Virus record (IMG/VR): IMGVR_UViG_3300028840_004168
Coordinates: 65,911 to 129,910 of that record
DNA: 64,000 nt
Source: a virus
Reading direction: 5' to 3' (one strand)
The translations under genes and the position numbers were made by a program. Shown here in pieces: positions 9,694-19,622 of this stretch (the first letter of the stretch is position 1; each line of letters opens with the position of its first letter). The notes beneath the pieces were generated by a model. The model was given only the letters and a program-made list of their open reading frames with translations. It made no database searches and was not told the origin of the DNA.

Positions 9694-10542
9694 TTATGGA
9701 GCCACATACCTTCTTTTGCACCAAAGCACCATATTAGTGCTCTTTACATTTCCTCCTGCAGCATCTACAAACACCTGCAGGTAATCGTCTGCATCCAGGT
9801 CTATATCAAAAGTAAGATCTTTAGCATAATAAGCAGCACAGGTAAGAGCGCCTAAGTTAGTAGCACTGTTATTTTTTCTTATATAAAACACCTTAGTCGC
9901 AGTAGCGCTACCAGTGGAAACCCTGACTGAGCCGCCTACTATAGTCATATCATGAATGATTGGATAACCAACAGTAGGATGTGCTGTCAACCCAGTAGAA
10001 GGCAATAGCTGATTTCCAGTAGGCTCATCCCTGCCAAGCGTAAGCGGTATCAGCCCAGGGGTCAGATACTTATCCCTGACAGGATCATACATGTAAAGCT
10101 CGCCGTCATCGTATACAAATTCATCTCCGCTTATAACATCCTGATATACCCACATATTAGAAGTGCTGTCATATATAAGAGCGTTTCCATGAGAAGGCAT
10201 GTCGGTAGTGATCACACGCCCACGAATAGCAGAAGCATCAGCTTGCAACTCTCCTGATGTTATCTCACGTTCAGATATAACTGTAAACACATTGTCATTT
10301 GAAAATATAAAAGGAACAGTCCCGTAATCATCATTTATGCTTATATTGCCCATCTTCCAGTTATAAAATAGATCGTTAGAACGAGAAAGCAAATCAAGCG
10401 TAAACTGGTCTGTTATTACCACAGTGCCATCAGGTTCCCCAGCAGGAAGAAGGACAAAGCCATGCACATCAGGAAAGTCAATAGGTAATGCCGTCAGATT
10501 GGTAATCGTCCTGGTTATTCTTTTAAAAGCTGTTAAAGCCAT
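9694..10542 (-). CDS. Putative tail fibre/decoration protein
   Basis: Same N-terminal domain as 8789..9685; fibre-like GNALIYDSTSNMW repeat; beta-sandwich C-terminus. Confidence 0.55.
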   Translation of the reverse strand: MALTAFKRITRTITNLTALPIDFPDVHGFVLLPAGEPDGTVVITDQFTLDLLSRSNDLFYNWKMGNISINDDYGTVPFIFSNDNVFTVISEREITSGELQADASAIRGRVITTDMPSHGNALIYDSTSNMWVYQDVISGDEFVYDDGELYMYDPVRDKYLTPGLIPLTLGRDEPTGNQLLPSTGLTAHPTVGYPIIHDMTIVGGSVRVSTGSATATKVFYIRKNNSATNLGALTCAAYYAKDLTFDIDLDADDYLQVFVDAAGGNVKSTNMVLWCKRRYVAP

Positions 10543-10551
10543 GACACACCT

Positions 10552-10923
10552 TTATTCTACCCAATTATCCTCAAACCATTGGGTTAAAGTTGAATCCGCA
10601 TCCTGAATCGGTATAAGTGAAAGCATTCCTTCACAACATACTGTCAGGCTTCTTATATCCATATCGGCATCACCTTGATCTATTTTCACATTAGCCGAAG
10701 TGGTTGTATCGTAGTAATACCTGATCATCTGCGGAGCATTAGCTTCACTTTCAGTATCATCATATTTGTAGACACAAAGAATTGGCTTGGGATATTCGTC
10801 ATAAGCTGAATTAAGATTATATGAAGCAGGAGCATAATACTTATAAACATCTGCTGTGAAGCCAATTCCAGCCATTAAGACAAATAAGAAAATCAAAGTT
10901 GATAAAAATATTTTCTGAAACAT
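10552..10923 (-). CDS. Hypothetical protein with Sec-type signal peptide
   Basis: MFQKIFLSTLIFLFVLMAGIGFTA-D. Confidence 0.6.
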   Translation of the reverse strand: MFQKIFLSTLIFLFVLMAGIGFTADVYKYYAPASYNLNSAYDEYPKPILCVYKYDDTESEANAPQMIRYYYDTTTSANVKIDQGDADMDIRSLTVCCEGMLSLIPIQDADSTLTQWFEDNWVE

Positions 10924-10936
10924 TATTTCCTCCTTT

Positions 10937-12994
10937 TTAACTATCTTGCTCTATCCTATAAGTGTACATATTTAAATTAACTTGTCCTGAAGTGCCTTCA
11001 TCAACGCTCAGTAATGGTTGCATAGCCACTGCAGGAATGTTTGTTGTAACAGACGCATACTGCGTGCCATCAACCGACCAATGGACACCAGTGCCATCAG
11101 CCCAAATTCTGAACACTGAAACAGTGCCAGCGGAAAAAGTATGACCAGTGGCTGAAGTAGTTGAAGTGCCGCCGCTACTGCATTTTAAATATATCGTTCC
11201 TGTGCCTGTATGTTCAATATAGATATAATCATCTGAACCACCTGCAGATGATTCAATCAATCCAACTTTAAATAACTGGTTACTGGTTCCCCCTGCACCT
11301 GCAACCGAGAATATAGCAGTCATATCAAAATCATTAGCATATGCAAAAAAACATATATCATTGAAATCAGCTTCTTCTAAAGCAGGGCTGCCAAATCCGC
11401 TTGTCCTCATTTGAGCAACGCCACTTGCCGTTGTAATCCGAGTTAGCCAAGTTCCACCATTAGTAGTCCTTCTATCCCAATAGCTAACATTATCTGGAGA
11501 GGTCGGATATGTACCCCTCATAAAATCATCACGAAATAAAACTTCAGGGGGAGTCGAACTGCCACCACCAATGGGAGTTCCGTCAATTGCAAGCCCTGAA
11601 GAAAAATCCCAAGAATCTAAAGATTCATTCCACTTCATATATTCATCGTTTGTGGCCTTATCAACCTTCATTATGATAAAGTCTCTATCGCTTGGAGAAG
11701 ATATGCCATCTCTCAATAAAATTATTTCCTGAGTTGCAGCAGTCCCTCGAAATTCTAAATCAAACATCGGCTGATCAGTATCCCACATCGAAAGAACCAG
11801 ATTGGGCTTATTAGTGTTGATTCCGAAAGTAGCTATATGACTACGAATCCAGCCTTGAAAATAATTCTCTCCCTGTGTCGATAATGCAAAGGCATTTCCG
11901 CTTGCGTTTGTAGCACCAAAAGTACCACCGATGTTCGTGCCAACATGATTATCATTGGCTTGACCTATGACTCCAACTACATTAACTGTACTAGAAGCAG
12001 AAACATATCTGCCAAGCCCATATACTCCAGCTGCCCCTCCCCAGCCACTGTTTGTAGAAGCAATTCCAACTACTCCAAAAGCTTGCTCATTAGGAGACGT
12101 AACATGCTCAAACAATCCTCCAATCTTAGTCGCCCCTAATGCTGTTGCTGTATCTCCACCAGCACTCCAGAACTGATACCCTGTAGAAGTGGTAGTTCCC
12201 TGAGCTGCCAGCCCGAATAAGCCTGTATAAGCACCAAAAATTCCATATGCTGCAGGAGCGCCTATAGGAGCTGTTACAAATGTCGGCCCCATTATACTCA
12301 AAACATTTGCAAACCCTGCTATTGACGAAACGCCAATCAATAAATCATTATCAGTGCCAATGCCAGTAGCTTCCCAGGCAAGTATTATGTTGCCTGTAGC
12401 AAGGGGAGTAGTGCCGCCGCCAAACACTAAAGCAGCTCCACTTGGATTAGGAGGCGAAAGGCCTAAATCTTTAAAGCTGGCAACAGGCGAACCGCTTAAT
12501 TCGAAATCAATCTGAGTAGAAGATTCAACATCATTTTTTAGAATGTTGCCTACATTAGTCCATAGGCCTCCAGCGCCGCCAGTGACATTTACAGTAACTT
12601 TGCCGCCGCCTTCATCCGTCACAGTAAGGCCGCCTTCAAAGTTTACAGTATCGGCATCAGCTATCTTTGCATCATCTTTCTGAATTTCAATAGTGCCTGC
12701 GCCTCCACCAGCATCACAGCGAAGCTTATCCCTGATGCCGTCAGCATCAGTATCTTCAGACAGGTAGTATAGCTGCTGAGCCAATGTGAGAGATCTGTCA
12801 TTAGGACTTTGCGCCCCAGCCTGTGCTACATAAATAGTTCTTATCTTGTCTCTAATGCCGTCAGCGTTAGTATCTTCAGACAGATACCACAACTGAGCAT
12901 CGTCATCAAGAAACCTGTCAGCTATAACAGATGTGCCTATTAAAATGCAAAACAGGAGTATAGAGCCTGCCAAAAGTTTTTTATGAAATTTCAT
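10937..12994 (-). CDS. Gly/Ala/Thr-rich fibre-like protein with signal peptide and duplicated DxDxDG motif
   Basis: MKFHKKLLAGSILLFCILIGTSVIA-D; YLSEDTNADGIRDK / YLSEDTDADGIRDK; C-terminal lectin-like beta domain. Confidence 0.6.
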   Translation of the reverse strand: MKFHKKLLAGSILLFCILIGTSVIADRFLDDDAQLWYLSEDTNADGIRDKIRTIYVAQAGAQSPNDRSLTLAQQLYYLSEDTDADGIRDKLRCDAGGGAGTIEIQKDDAKIADADTVNFEGGLTVTDEGGGKVTVNVTGGAGGLWTNVGNILKNDVESSTQIDFELSGSPVASFKDLGLSPPNPSGAALVFGGGTTPLATGNIILAWEATGIGTDNDLLIGVSSIAGFANVLSIMGPTFVTAPIGAPAAYGIFGAYTGLFGLAAQGTTTSTGYQFWSAGGDTATALGATKIGGLFEHVTSPNEQAFGVVGIASTNSGWGGAAGVYGLGRYVSASSTVNVVGVIGQANDNHVGTNIGGTFGATNASGNAFALSTQGENYFQGWIRSHIATFGINTNKPNLVLSMWDTDQPMFDLEFRGTAATQEIILLRDGISSPSDRDFIIMKVDKATNDEYMKWNESLDSWDFSSGLAIDGTPIGGGSSTPPEVLFRDDFMRGTYPTSPDNVSYWDRRTTNGGTWLTRITTASGVAQMRTSGFGSPALEEADFNDICFFAYANDFDMTAIFSVAGAGGTSNQLFKVGLIESSAGGSDDYIYIEHTGTGTIYLKCSSGGTSTTSATGHTFSAGTVSVFRIWADGTGVHWSVDGTQYASVTTNIPAVAMQPLLSVDEGTSGQVNLNMYTYRIEQDS

Positions 12995-13007
12995 TTTTTA
13001 TTTCCCC

Positions 13008-14708
13008 CTATTTATTCTTTTCTATCGCTCTTGCTTTGGGAGCGCCTTTGTTTTTCATATTGTTTTGTCTTATTTTTCTTGCCTGATCAGCTTCATCTTT
13101 AGTAGCAGCTTCCTTGACCTTCTCTTTTTCAACATCTATCTCGCCATCTTTCTCAGTCACAGTTTCTTTTTCAGTCTCTATTTCTCCACTGCTGCCGATT
13201 GGAATTGCTTCATAGCTATTATCCAAACTATCAACAGGTATCTCAAGGAAATCTGCCATCTTCTCAATGCTAGGAACATTTTTAGGATAAAGACCAAGTT
13301 TGGCAAGTGCATCAACATTCTTAAGCGTCTGCATATAAATTTCTTTAAAGACAAGTTTTTTATTGAAATCCAGATTATCTATTTGAACCCTGACGGCTTT
13401 ACGTTTCGCCACAGGCCAGTTATACTGAACAAGATCTTCGACAATGTTTTCTTCTATCCACGTCTCAAGTTCTTTGATCAGCTTCTCCTGCGACATCAGA
13501 AACATGTCTGCATGAACCGAAGCAACATTATAAGATCCAGAAGAAGAATCCTGCACGATTGTTTTTTCAGGAATTAACAAGCCACGCAGGATCACGACTG
13601 ACAGATGCACTATCGCATCTATAAACATATCGCCACGCCTCTGATCTTGTATTAAATCCACAGTCCACTTTGGATTGCCTTTCTCGCTTTCTTCAAAAGG
13701 CAATGTAACAGCAGAATTGTTTGCTATGTTTTGAACTATATCTTGCATCAAGGTAAGATTGTCATAATCTTCATTATTAATGCGAGTCTGCCCAGGAGGT
13801 GCAGTGCCCTTGATAGGCGGCGTTCCACGTCTTTCAAAATACTGAAGCATCCACAGATACATTAAGTTCTTCCAATACCAGTAAGCATAAACACGGTTCA
13901 GCCTGGAAGCTCCAAAGTAATTGCCGAATTCAAATTCGTTTGTATACCACGCCGCTTTCGGCATCTTGATTGTGACCTTTTTGCCCTTGACATTTTGGGT
14001 TATGCCTTTAAACCTCTGATGCCTGTTTAAAAGTATGGACACAGAAGTAGGATGCAGGCACTTGATGTATTTATATTTTATCAAGTCTCCTTTATAGTAT
14101 GTAATAGGAGTGTCAGCAGCTTTATCATAACCAGTTATACGAGCGCCTTTTTCCATTGTAAATACTTTTTCAAAAGATGAAAACCCAAAGTCAATAGACA
14201 GGAGCGCATCGCTTATCAGCTGAGTCCACAGGGGCCTCAGTATCGATTGTATAGTGGCAGCTATACTTTTATCATCACATACAATACGCCAACTCGCAGC
14301 TATAATAGGATGTTTAATAATAGCCAGCCCTAGCGCTATCTGAGGATCTTTACGCATCTGCTCCAGAGTGCTGACAGGTATATCCATCTCTGGAGGAAGG
14401 CCTTCACCACTAATATAATAGCGCCCATAATCAAGCTTGCCGCCATACCTACCGTATTCCTTGTTCACAAGAGAAAGCCCCTTGAGACGATCTGCGTTAT
14501 ATCTATTATTGATATTAGGCATTTGATCAGAAGTTTCTTTCAGGTAGGTAGTAAAGGCATCTCTGAGATCAGAGTGCATAAACTTACTAGCCAAGCTCTG
14601 TATCTCAGATCTTTCTTTGATGCTAACGTAATTTTCTACGTGTCCCTGTGCCTTTTTCATAGGGTAGTGCCCCCTTTGCATCTCTACCTGGAGATCTGCT
14701 GATGCCAT
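13008..14708 (-). CDS. Portal protein, DUF935/Mu gp29-like
   Basis: DPQIALGLAIIK...ALLSIDFGFSSFEKV...GNYFGASRLNRVYAYWYWK...FERRGTP; directly downstream of TerL. Confidence 0.8.
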   Translation of the reverse strand: MASADLQVEMQRGHYPMKKAQGHVENYVSIKERSEIQSLASKFMHSDLRDAFTTYLKETSDQMPNINNRYNADRLKGLSLVNKEYGRYGGKLDYGRYYISGEGLPPEMDIPVSTLEQMRKDPQIALGLAIIKHPIIAASWRIVCDDKSIAATIQSILRPLWTQLISDALLSIDFGFSSFEKVFTMEKGARITGYDKAADTPITYYKGDLIKYKYIKCLHPTSVSILLNRHQRFKGITQNVKGKKVTIKMPKAAWYTNEFEFGNYFGASRLNRVYAYWYWKNLMYLWMLQYFERRGTPPIKGTAPPGQTRINNEDYDNLTLMQDIVQNIANNSAVTLPFEESEKGNPKWTVDLIQDQRRGDMFIDAIVHLSVVILRGLLIPEKTIVQDSSSGSYNVASVHADMFLMSQEKLIKELETWIEENIVEDLVQYNWPVAKRKAVRVQIDNLDFNKKLVFKEIYMQTLKNVDALAKLGLYPKNVPSIEKMADFLEIPVDSLDNSYEAIPIGSSGEIETEKETVTEKDGEIDVEKEKVKEAATKDEADQARKIRQNNMKNKGAPKARAIEKNK

Positions 14709-16521
14709 CGCTGTTTATTTCAATCAAACCTTTAAAGATAGAATTCATTTCATCAGCAAGCTTTGGAACTGAGCTTATATCGCTTAATCTGGAAGGCATC
14801 TTTTGAGCCAGCGGCGCAGATACACCTCTTGTTTGAGGCAAGTATTCTTTCCTTTGCGTCTTAACAACAGTAGGAGCAACAGCGTTCCAGTACTTAGGAT
14901 CTTTCTGCGCTGGGGTTCCCATATAAGATGCCAATGCTAATGCAATAACTCTATCAGCATGATGGTATTTAAGCTCTCCAGGATCAACGTCATATCTGAC
15001 GCTATTAAAATTAGTTATAATTCTTCTGATAGAAATAAGTTGTTTGACCAGTTCCATGTCTTCAGGGATAGCGATCATCTGCCCTTCAAACCTGATCTTT
15101 AGGTTAGTGAACAACTGGTTCTTTAATACATTGGTAAAAGACAGCGTCTTGACACGGCTGCCAAACTCGTTCTGAAGCTGCTCTGCGAGCTGCATGCCGA
15201 TGCCTGTTTCATCAATGCCTAACTTGATAATTGGAAATGTATTCATGTAATACTGAAGCTGCCTTCTCTGTTCTTCAAAAGGTATGTTCTTAAATGATCT
15301 TGCAAAAACAACTGTCTGAAGCATACCTTCTTCTTCTATTATTTTAAATTCAGCTGAATCTTTCCGTCTACCAACGTCATATCCAGCATAAAGATTTTTA
15401 GATATTTTACCCTTAGAAAGATGCTCAAGCAGAACATTTGCTTCGCCGCCACAATAGATAAACTTTTTGTGTTTATATTTTTGCTTGATCGGATAATCAC
15501 GAATCTTGTAAGGAGCGCCAGTAAGGTCTTCCTGCCTGTAAGCAAACTTGCAATGGTTAATAACTTCAGGTGGGAAGAAAAAGCTGGCATCGTCCAGGAA
15601 CTTGCAGTTATATTCCTGTTCGAAAAAGTCTTCATCCATGTTCACAAAAATTTCCATAAGTATTTCTGTGCCAAAATGACCCACCACTTCACGAATAGAC
15701 ATGCCTTCATCTATTGCTAGTCTGGCAACATGGATGTCATCTACCAGACGTGGACAATCATAAAAAGGAATATTTGTTATTTTAAATCTAAACTTGCTTG
15801 GATTTGTAGCAATGTTATAAAACTTGCCCCTGCTGCCCAGCGGCGTAGAACCGATAAACAAGCAGCCGCCGAAAGATATCATAGGGAGCGCTGCAACGTA
15901 TATCTGGTCAGCCCAGGTATAATGGGCATATTCATCCAGGAACACGTCAGTCCTGCTTGTTCCTTTACCTCTTGGCTCTCTTTGTGGATGGCTAATCAGA
16001 GTTGTTCTTGTTTTATATTTTCCAGAAGTAGATTCAAACTCAAGGCGCTGGATGTTGTCAACGACCAGTTTCTTTTGCCATGCTGAAGGCAGGCTATCAT
16101 AGCCCATCTTCGCATACAGTATTTTATTGTTAGCGTCATCTTGATTGTAGCTGACAAAGATAGCCTGATAATCATGGTATAAATGGGAAGATGCAAGGCC
16201 ACGCATTGAATAGGCATAACTGATGCCAACACGCCTTGACTTGTTTTGCAGGCTGAATACATTTACTTCATCGACAATCTCTCTGCCATATTCATCCAGT
16301 ACAAGCGGCTCTCCAGAAAGGCTTATCAATCCCTCATTCCATCCAGAAAGCGTTGTGAGCCAATTAGACATATCCTCTTCGCTAGGCTCTTTCTTGCTTA
16401 CAACATAAGGTATTTGAGCTTTCTTATTGCTGTTAGCATAGACAGAGTCGAAGGGGTTATCTTTTAACCGAGGCTTTGGAGCCTTCTTGTTGCTGACTCT
16501 GATCTTCCGTTTATTCGGCAT
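14623..16521 (-). CDS. terL: Terminase large subunit (Mu gp28-like)
   Basis: NKSRRVGISY (Walker A-like), VFLDEYAH (Walker B), STPLG, GYDVGRRKD, GIDETGIG, HADRVIALALA. Confidence 0.92.
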   Translation of the reverse strand: MPNKRKIRVSNKKAPKPRLKDNPFDSVYANSNKKAQIPYVVSKKEPSEEDMSNWLTTLSGWNEGLISLSGEPLVLDEYGREIVDEVNVFSLQNKSRRVGISYAYSMRGLASSHLYHDYQAIFVSYNQDDANNKILYAKMGYDSLPSAWQKKLVVDNIQRLEFESTSGKYKTRTTLISHPQREPRGKGTSRTDVFLDEYAHYTWADQIYVAALPMISFGGCLFIGSTPLGSRGKFYNIATNPSKFRFKITNIPFYDCPRLVDDIHVARLAIDEGMSIREVVGHFGTEILMEIFVNMDEDFFEQEYNCKFLDDASFFFPPEVINHCKFAYRQEDLTGAPYKIRDYPIKQKYKHKKFIYCGGEANVLLEHLSKGKISKNLYAGYDVGRRKDSAEFKIIEEEGMLQTVVFARSFKNIPFEEQRRQLQYYMNTFPIIKLGIDETGIGMQLAEQLQNEFGSRVKTLSFTNVLKNQLFTNLKIRFEGQMIAIPEDMELVKQLISIRRIITNFNSVRYDVDPGELKYHHADRVIALALASYMGTPAQKDPKYWNAVAPTVVKTQRKEYLPQTRGVSAPLAQKMPSRLSDISSVPKLADEMNSIFKGLIEINSDGISRSPGRDAKGALPYEKGTGTRRKLR

Positions 16522-17116
16522 TGTTTACTGTTTCCTCAACAGGTGCTGCTTCCTGTTCTATTTCAGAGGAAAATGGCTGTCCATAGTTCAATACACGCTT
16601 TTTAAGATCTTCTTTAGCGCTGCTTCTAACTTCTTTCTGCTTGATTTCACGCTTCCTGTTTTTAGCAAACCTGTCTCTTACTTCTTCTACATAAGTGACG
16701 CTCTTCTTTTCAGTAACATCTTCAGGATTATCTAATCTTTGTTCTTTGGAAATGATTGTAAGCATGTTGATAAGATTTTCAAATTTAACATTTTCAAGAG
16801 CGCCTTCCATGATGCGCTTGAGGATTTCCTTAATTACGAAATCAGCTATGACACGGTTCTTGTCTAACCTGTAAGAAGCCAGGTCTTTGTCTTCCAGCTT
16901 GTTTTCCTCTTTTTGAAATCTCTCTACAAAAGAAGGATCTTGCATTAAGCTCTCTATCCGATAAACAGGTATATTGAGCATTTCAGCGATACCTTCTATG
17001 TCGATTTCAGTAGCCATTATAGGCGCAATAAGTTTATTGCGCATGCGCAAAATCTCTTCTGGACTTCGCTTGGCTTTCTTTTTTCTCTTACCATTGTTAG
17101 ACATATCAAATTCCAA
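16511..17116 (-). CDS. Putative terminase small subunit
   Basis: HTH-like IEGIAEMLNIPVYRIESL; overlaps terL start. Confidence 0.55.
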   Translation of the reverse strand: MEFDMSNNGKRKKKAKRSPEEILRMRNKLIAPIMATEIDIEGIAEMLNIPVYRIESLMQDPSFVERFQKEENKLEDKDLASYRLDKNRVIADFVIKEILKRIMEGALENVKFENLINMLTIISKEQRLDNPEDVTEKKSVTYVEEVRDRFAKNRKREIKQKEVRSSAKEDLKKRVLNYGQPFSSEIEQEAAPVEETVNNAE

Positions 17117-17232
17117 ATTTTACACGACTTTAGCTTAAAGTATAATAGGTTATAAATAAAAAACAAGAAAAAAATTGGAATTTCAGAAAATATTTTTTTG
17201 CTTGATAACTGGCAAGAAATAACTTAGTATCT

Positions 17233-17475
17233 ATGAAACAATTAAATAAAAAGGATTTCCAGATGTCTAAGAATGCTAAGCTTTCAAAACTAGTTGAAAA
17301 AGCTAGGAAAATCTTTCAGCAAAACTCAAACATCCCTATGTTTGCTACAGAAATAGACCTGACGAGATCAGAGCTAAGACAGCTTGAAAGGGCAGGAATA
17401 GTTAGCTCTCTGGCGCTAGAAATAGAGTCAGGTTCTATAGTGAAAAAGTTTTATTGGGAGCAATATGATGCCTAA
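17233..17475 (+). CDS. Hypothetical protein, possible winged HTH
   Basis: LTRSELRQLERAGIV pattern; first gene after strand switch. Confidence 0.45.
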   Translation: MKQLNKKDFQMSKNAKLSKLVEKARKIFQQNSNIPMFATEIDLTRSELRQLERAGIVSSLALEIESGSIVKKFYWEQYDA

Positions 17476-17848
17476 GCCAGTTAACGGAAACTCCCTGCTG
17501 TTCGGCGCTGCAGAGATGCTACATGTGTTATTAGACGTAGATCCAGAAACGGAAAAATTTAAAATCATATTCATCACCCATCCAAAATTAAAACTCAAAG
17601 GGCCGATAATTTCACTCAGCTCAGAAATATCAAACTTGATTATTGCGATGCTAACTCCTTTAATTCCAGATAAAAATCTCAAGATGCGATTTCTGCCAGC
17701 AATAGTTTTCAAAAAAGAAATAGAAAACACCAAAGCAGAAATAGTAATGATGGGAACAAAGCCCAAGCAAGAAGGCAATGGCAGCGTTAATTTTTTGCCA
17801 CTTAAACCGTCACAGATACTTATAGAATCCCCAAAGCCCGATAAATAA
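17465..17848 (+). CDS. Hypothetical protein
   Basis: ORF coupled to upstream gene. Confidence 0.5.
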   Translation: MMPKPVNGNSLLFGAAEMLHVLLDVDPETEKFKIIFITHPKLKLKGPIISLSSEISNLIIAMLTPLIPDKNLKMRFLPAIVFKKEIENTKAEIVMMGTKPKQEGNGSVNFLPLKPSQILIESPKPDK

Positions 17849-17875
17849 ACAACCTCCACTCCCCTAAAAAAGTTC

Positions 17876-17903
17876 TTGACAAATAATTATTTATATGTAT
17901 AGT
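17876..17903 (+). promoter_or_regulatory. sigma70-type promoter
   Basis: TTGACA-16-TATAGT upstream of SD AAGGAG and ATG 17925. Confidence 0.7.
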
Positions 17904-17924
17904 TATTTATAAAGGAGTATTTAC

Positions 17925-18074
17925 ATGCATAAGATACAAATAAACGTCACAAGAGAGCAGTTTAAAAAATTAGACAAAATATATGAAGAGACTGGCGCTA
18001 GAAGAGCAGAGACGGTGAGAAGAGCGCTAGATAAGTATTTCAAAGAATATGAAAAAAATAAGAAAAGCATATAA
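17925..18074 (+). CDS. Ribbon-helix-helix (CopG/Arc-like) protein, 49 aa, below ORF-track cutoff
   Basis: MHKIQINVTREQFKKLDKIYEETGARRAETVRRALDKYFKEYEKNKKSI; AAGGAG SD. Confidence 0.75.
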   Translation: MHKIQINVTREQFKKLDKIYEETGARRAETVRRALDKYFKEYEKNKKSI

Positions 18075-18363
18075 TTTCAGGCTCAAACCAACACCTGAAA
18101 TAGAGCAAAGGTTTGATGAATTTGCTAATGCATGCCGCTTTATCTGGAATAAATCACTTGCTGTTCAAAAAGAAAAATTAGAAACCAAAGAAAAATTGTT
18201 GAGTGAATTCGACATCAATCGCCTTATAGTTAAATGGAAAAATAATACCGAAACATTATGGCTTAAAAATATTAATATGAAACAGGAACCTTTAAGGATG
18301 TCAAGACAAAGTGTGTCAAACTTATGTTTTAACTATGAAAAGAAAAAATGTGCACTTGACTGA
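18049..18363 (+). pseudogene. tnpB: Truncated IS200/IS605-family TnpB (N-terminal HTH only)
   Basis: KAYNFRLKPT...FANACRFIWNKSL...WLKNIN; similarity ends about aa 76, no RuvC or Zn finger. Confidence 0.8.
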
Positions 18364-18475
18364 AGCTCAAATAAAGAGCATCCAGCAGCTGTCTAAAGAG
18401 ACAGGGCTAAAGCCTGCTGAGATCATACGCAGAGCTATTGACGCATACATTAAAAAGCACAGGAGAAAACCATGA
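18335..18475 (+). CDS. Second ribbon-helix-helix protein, 46 aa
   Basis: MKRKNVHLTEAQIKSIQQLSKETGLKPAEIIRRAIDAYIKKHRRKP; ATGA overlap with next gene. Confidence 0.75.
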   Translation: MKRKNVHLTEAQIKSIQQLSKETGLKPAEIIRRAIDAYIKKHRRKP

Positions 18476-19362
18476 GCAACGGAGACAACAGCATTGCCCC
18501 GACCAGAAGAATTATAATCCCTATATTCATTCCTTCCAATAGCTATGTAAAAAAAATAAAGAATATAGTCACAGATGCTGAATGGAATGAGATACGAAGA
18601 AATACATACAGAGAAGCTAACTACAGGTGTGAGATATGCGGCAGAACTGGACAGGACTTTGGCTACAACTACCCTGTGGCATGCAGTGATGTTTGGGAGA
18701 TAAACGATGATGAGAACAGGCAGATACTCACTGGCTTTGAAGCACTGTGTCCACCATGCACAGGTGCCAAGTTCTTCATCTTCATAGAGGCATCCAGAAG
18801 GCTGGCTATAATAAGCCATATGGCAGAAGTTAATCAGATAGATGTTATAGAAGCAGAGAGAGTTATCCGTAACGCCCATGTCAGATATAGAGAAAGGTCT
18901 AGCAATCCGCCTATGAATGTAGATATAGAACACCTGTGGAGACAATACAGGATAGATCCTTTTAACGATCATGAAGGAGAGCTTCAAGAGATAAACAGCA
19001 GAACCCCATCCGAACTGGCAAGACAGGCTATATCCAGGGAAGGCATAGAGCTTTCTCCTACAATGCCTATAGCCGCAGAAGAAGTTCTGCCTGCAGACCC
19101 ACCATCGCCTAGAAGAAGAACATCTCTGATGGCTGAAGACAACAGAGATCGTGTAGACATGGAGTCAAGCAGAGTAGCAATGACTCAAGACCTGCTTGAT
19201 GAATATCTGGAACGGCACGACAGAGTGATAGAAGAAGAAAAAAGAGATAAGAAAAAAACAAAAAATATGAAGACAAAAAACCCTGTTAAAAAAGAACCAG
19301 ATCACATAACGACAGACCATATTAAAAGGAAGAAAAGAAAAATATGGCTGCCAAAAAATTAA
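18472..19362 (+). CDS. HNH-like protein with degenerate active site, acidic tail and basic C-terminal tag
   Basis: EWNEIRRNTYREANYRCEICG...PVACSDVW...ALCPPCTGAKF (His positions replaced); ends KRKKRKIWLPKN. Confidence 0.65.
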   Translation: MSNGDNSIAPTRRIIIPIFIPSNSYVKKIKNIVTDAEWNEIRRNTYREANYRCEICGRTGQDFGYNYPVACSDVWEINDDENRQILTGFEALCPPCTGAKFFIFIEASRRLAIISHMAEVNQIDVIEAERVIRNAHVRYRERSSNPPMNVDIEHLWRQYRIDPFNDHEGELQEINSRTPSELARQAISREGIELSPTMPIAAEEVLPADPPSPRRRTSLMAEDNRDRVDMESSRVAMTQDLLDEYLERHDRVIEEEKRDKKKTKNMKTKNPVKKEPDHITTDHIKRKKRKIWLPKN

Positions 19363-19595
19363 ATCTAGCAAAGGTAGTGCAACAGGATTTCAATGCTGAC
19401 AAATACGCCATTGCCAAAGGAAGAGCGCAGACAGGATTCAAAGGAGAAGTGTTGCCACTGGAAGCAAATATGATATCAGAATTTAAAGAAAGGAGATTAG
19501 ATGATGAAACTTATTACCCACGCAGCAATTTTGACGATAACCTTTATAAAATTGCTGTTTACTTCGTCAAGCTCTTTATGGGACGGCGTATCTAA
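19344..19595 (+). CDS. Hypothetical protein
   Basis: ORF in co-oriented run. Confidence 0.5.
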   Translation: MAAKKLNLAKVVQQDFNADKYAIAKGRAQTGFKGEVLPLEANMISEFKERRLDDETYYPRSNFDDNLYKIAVYFVKLFMGRRI

Positions 19596-19622
19596 TTTAA
19601 CACCATCAGGAAGGAGATAGCC

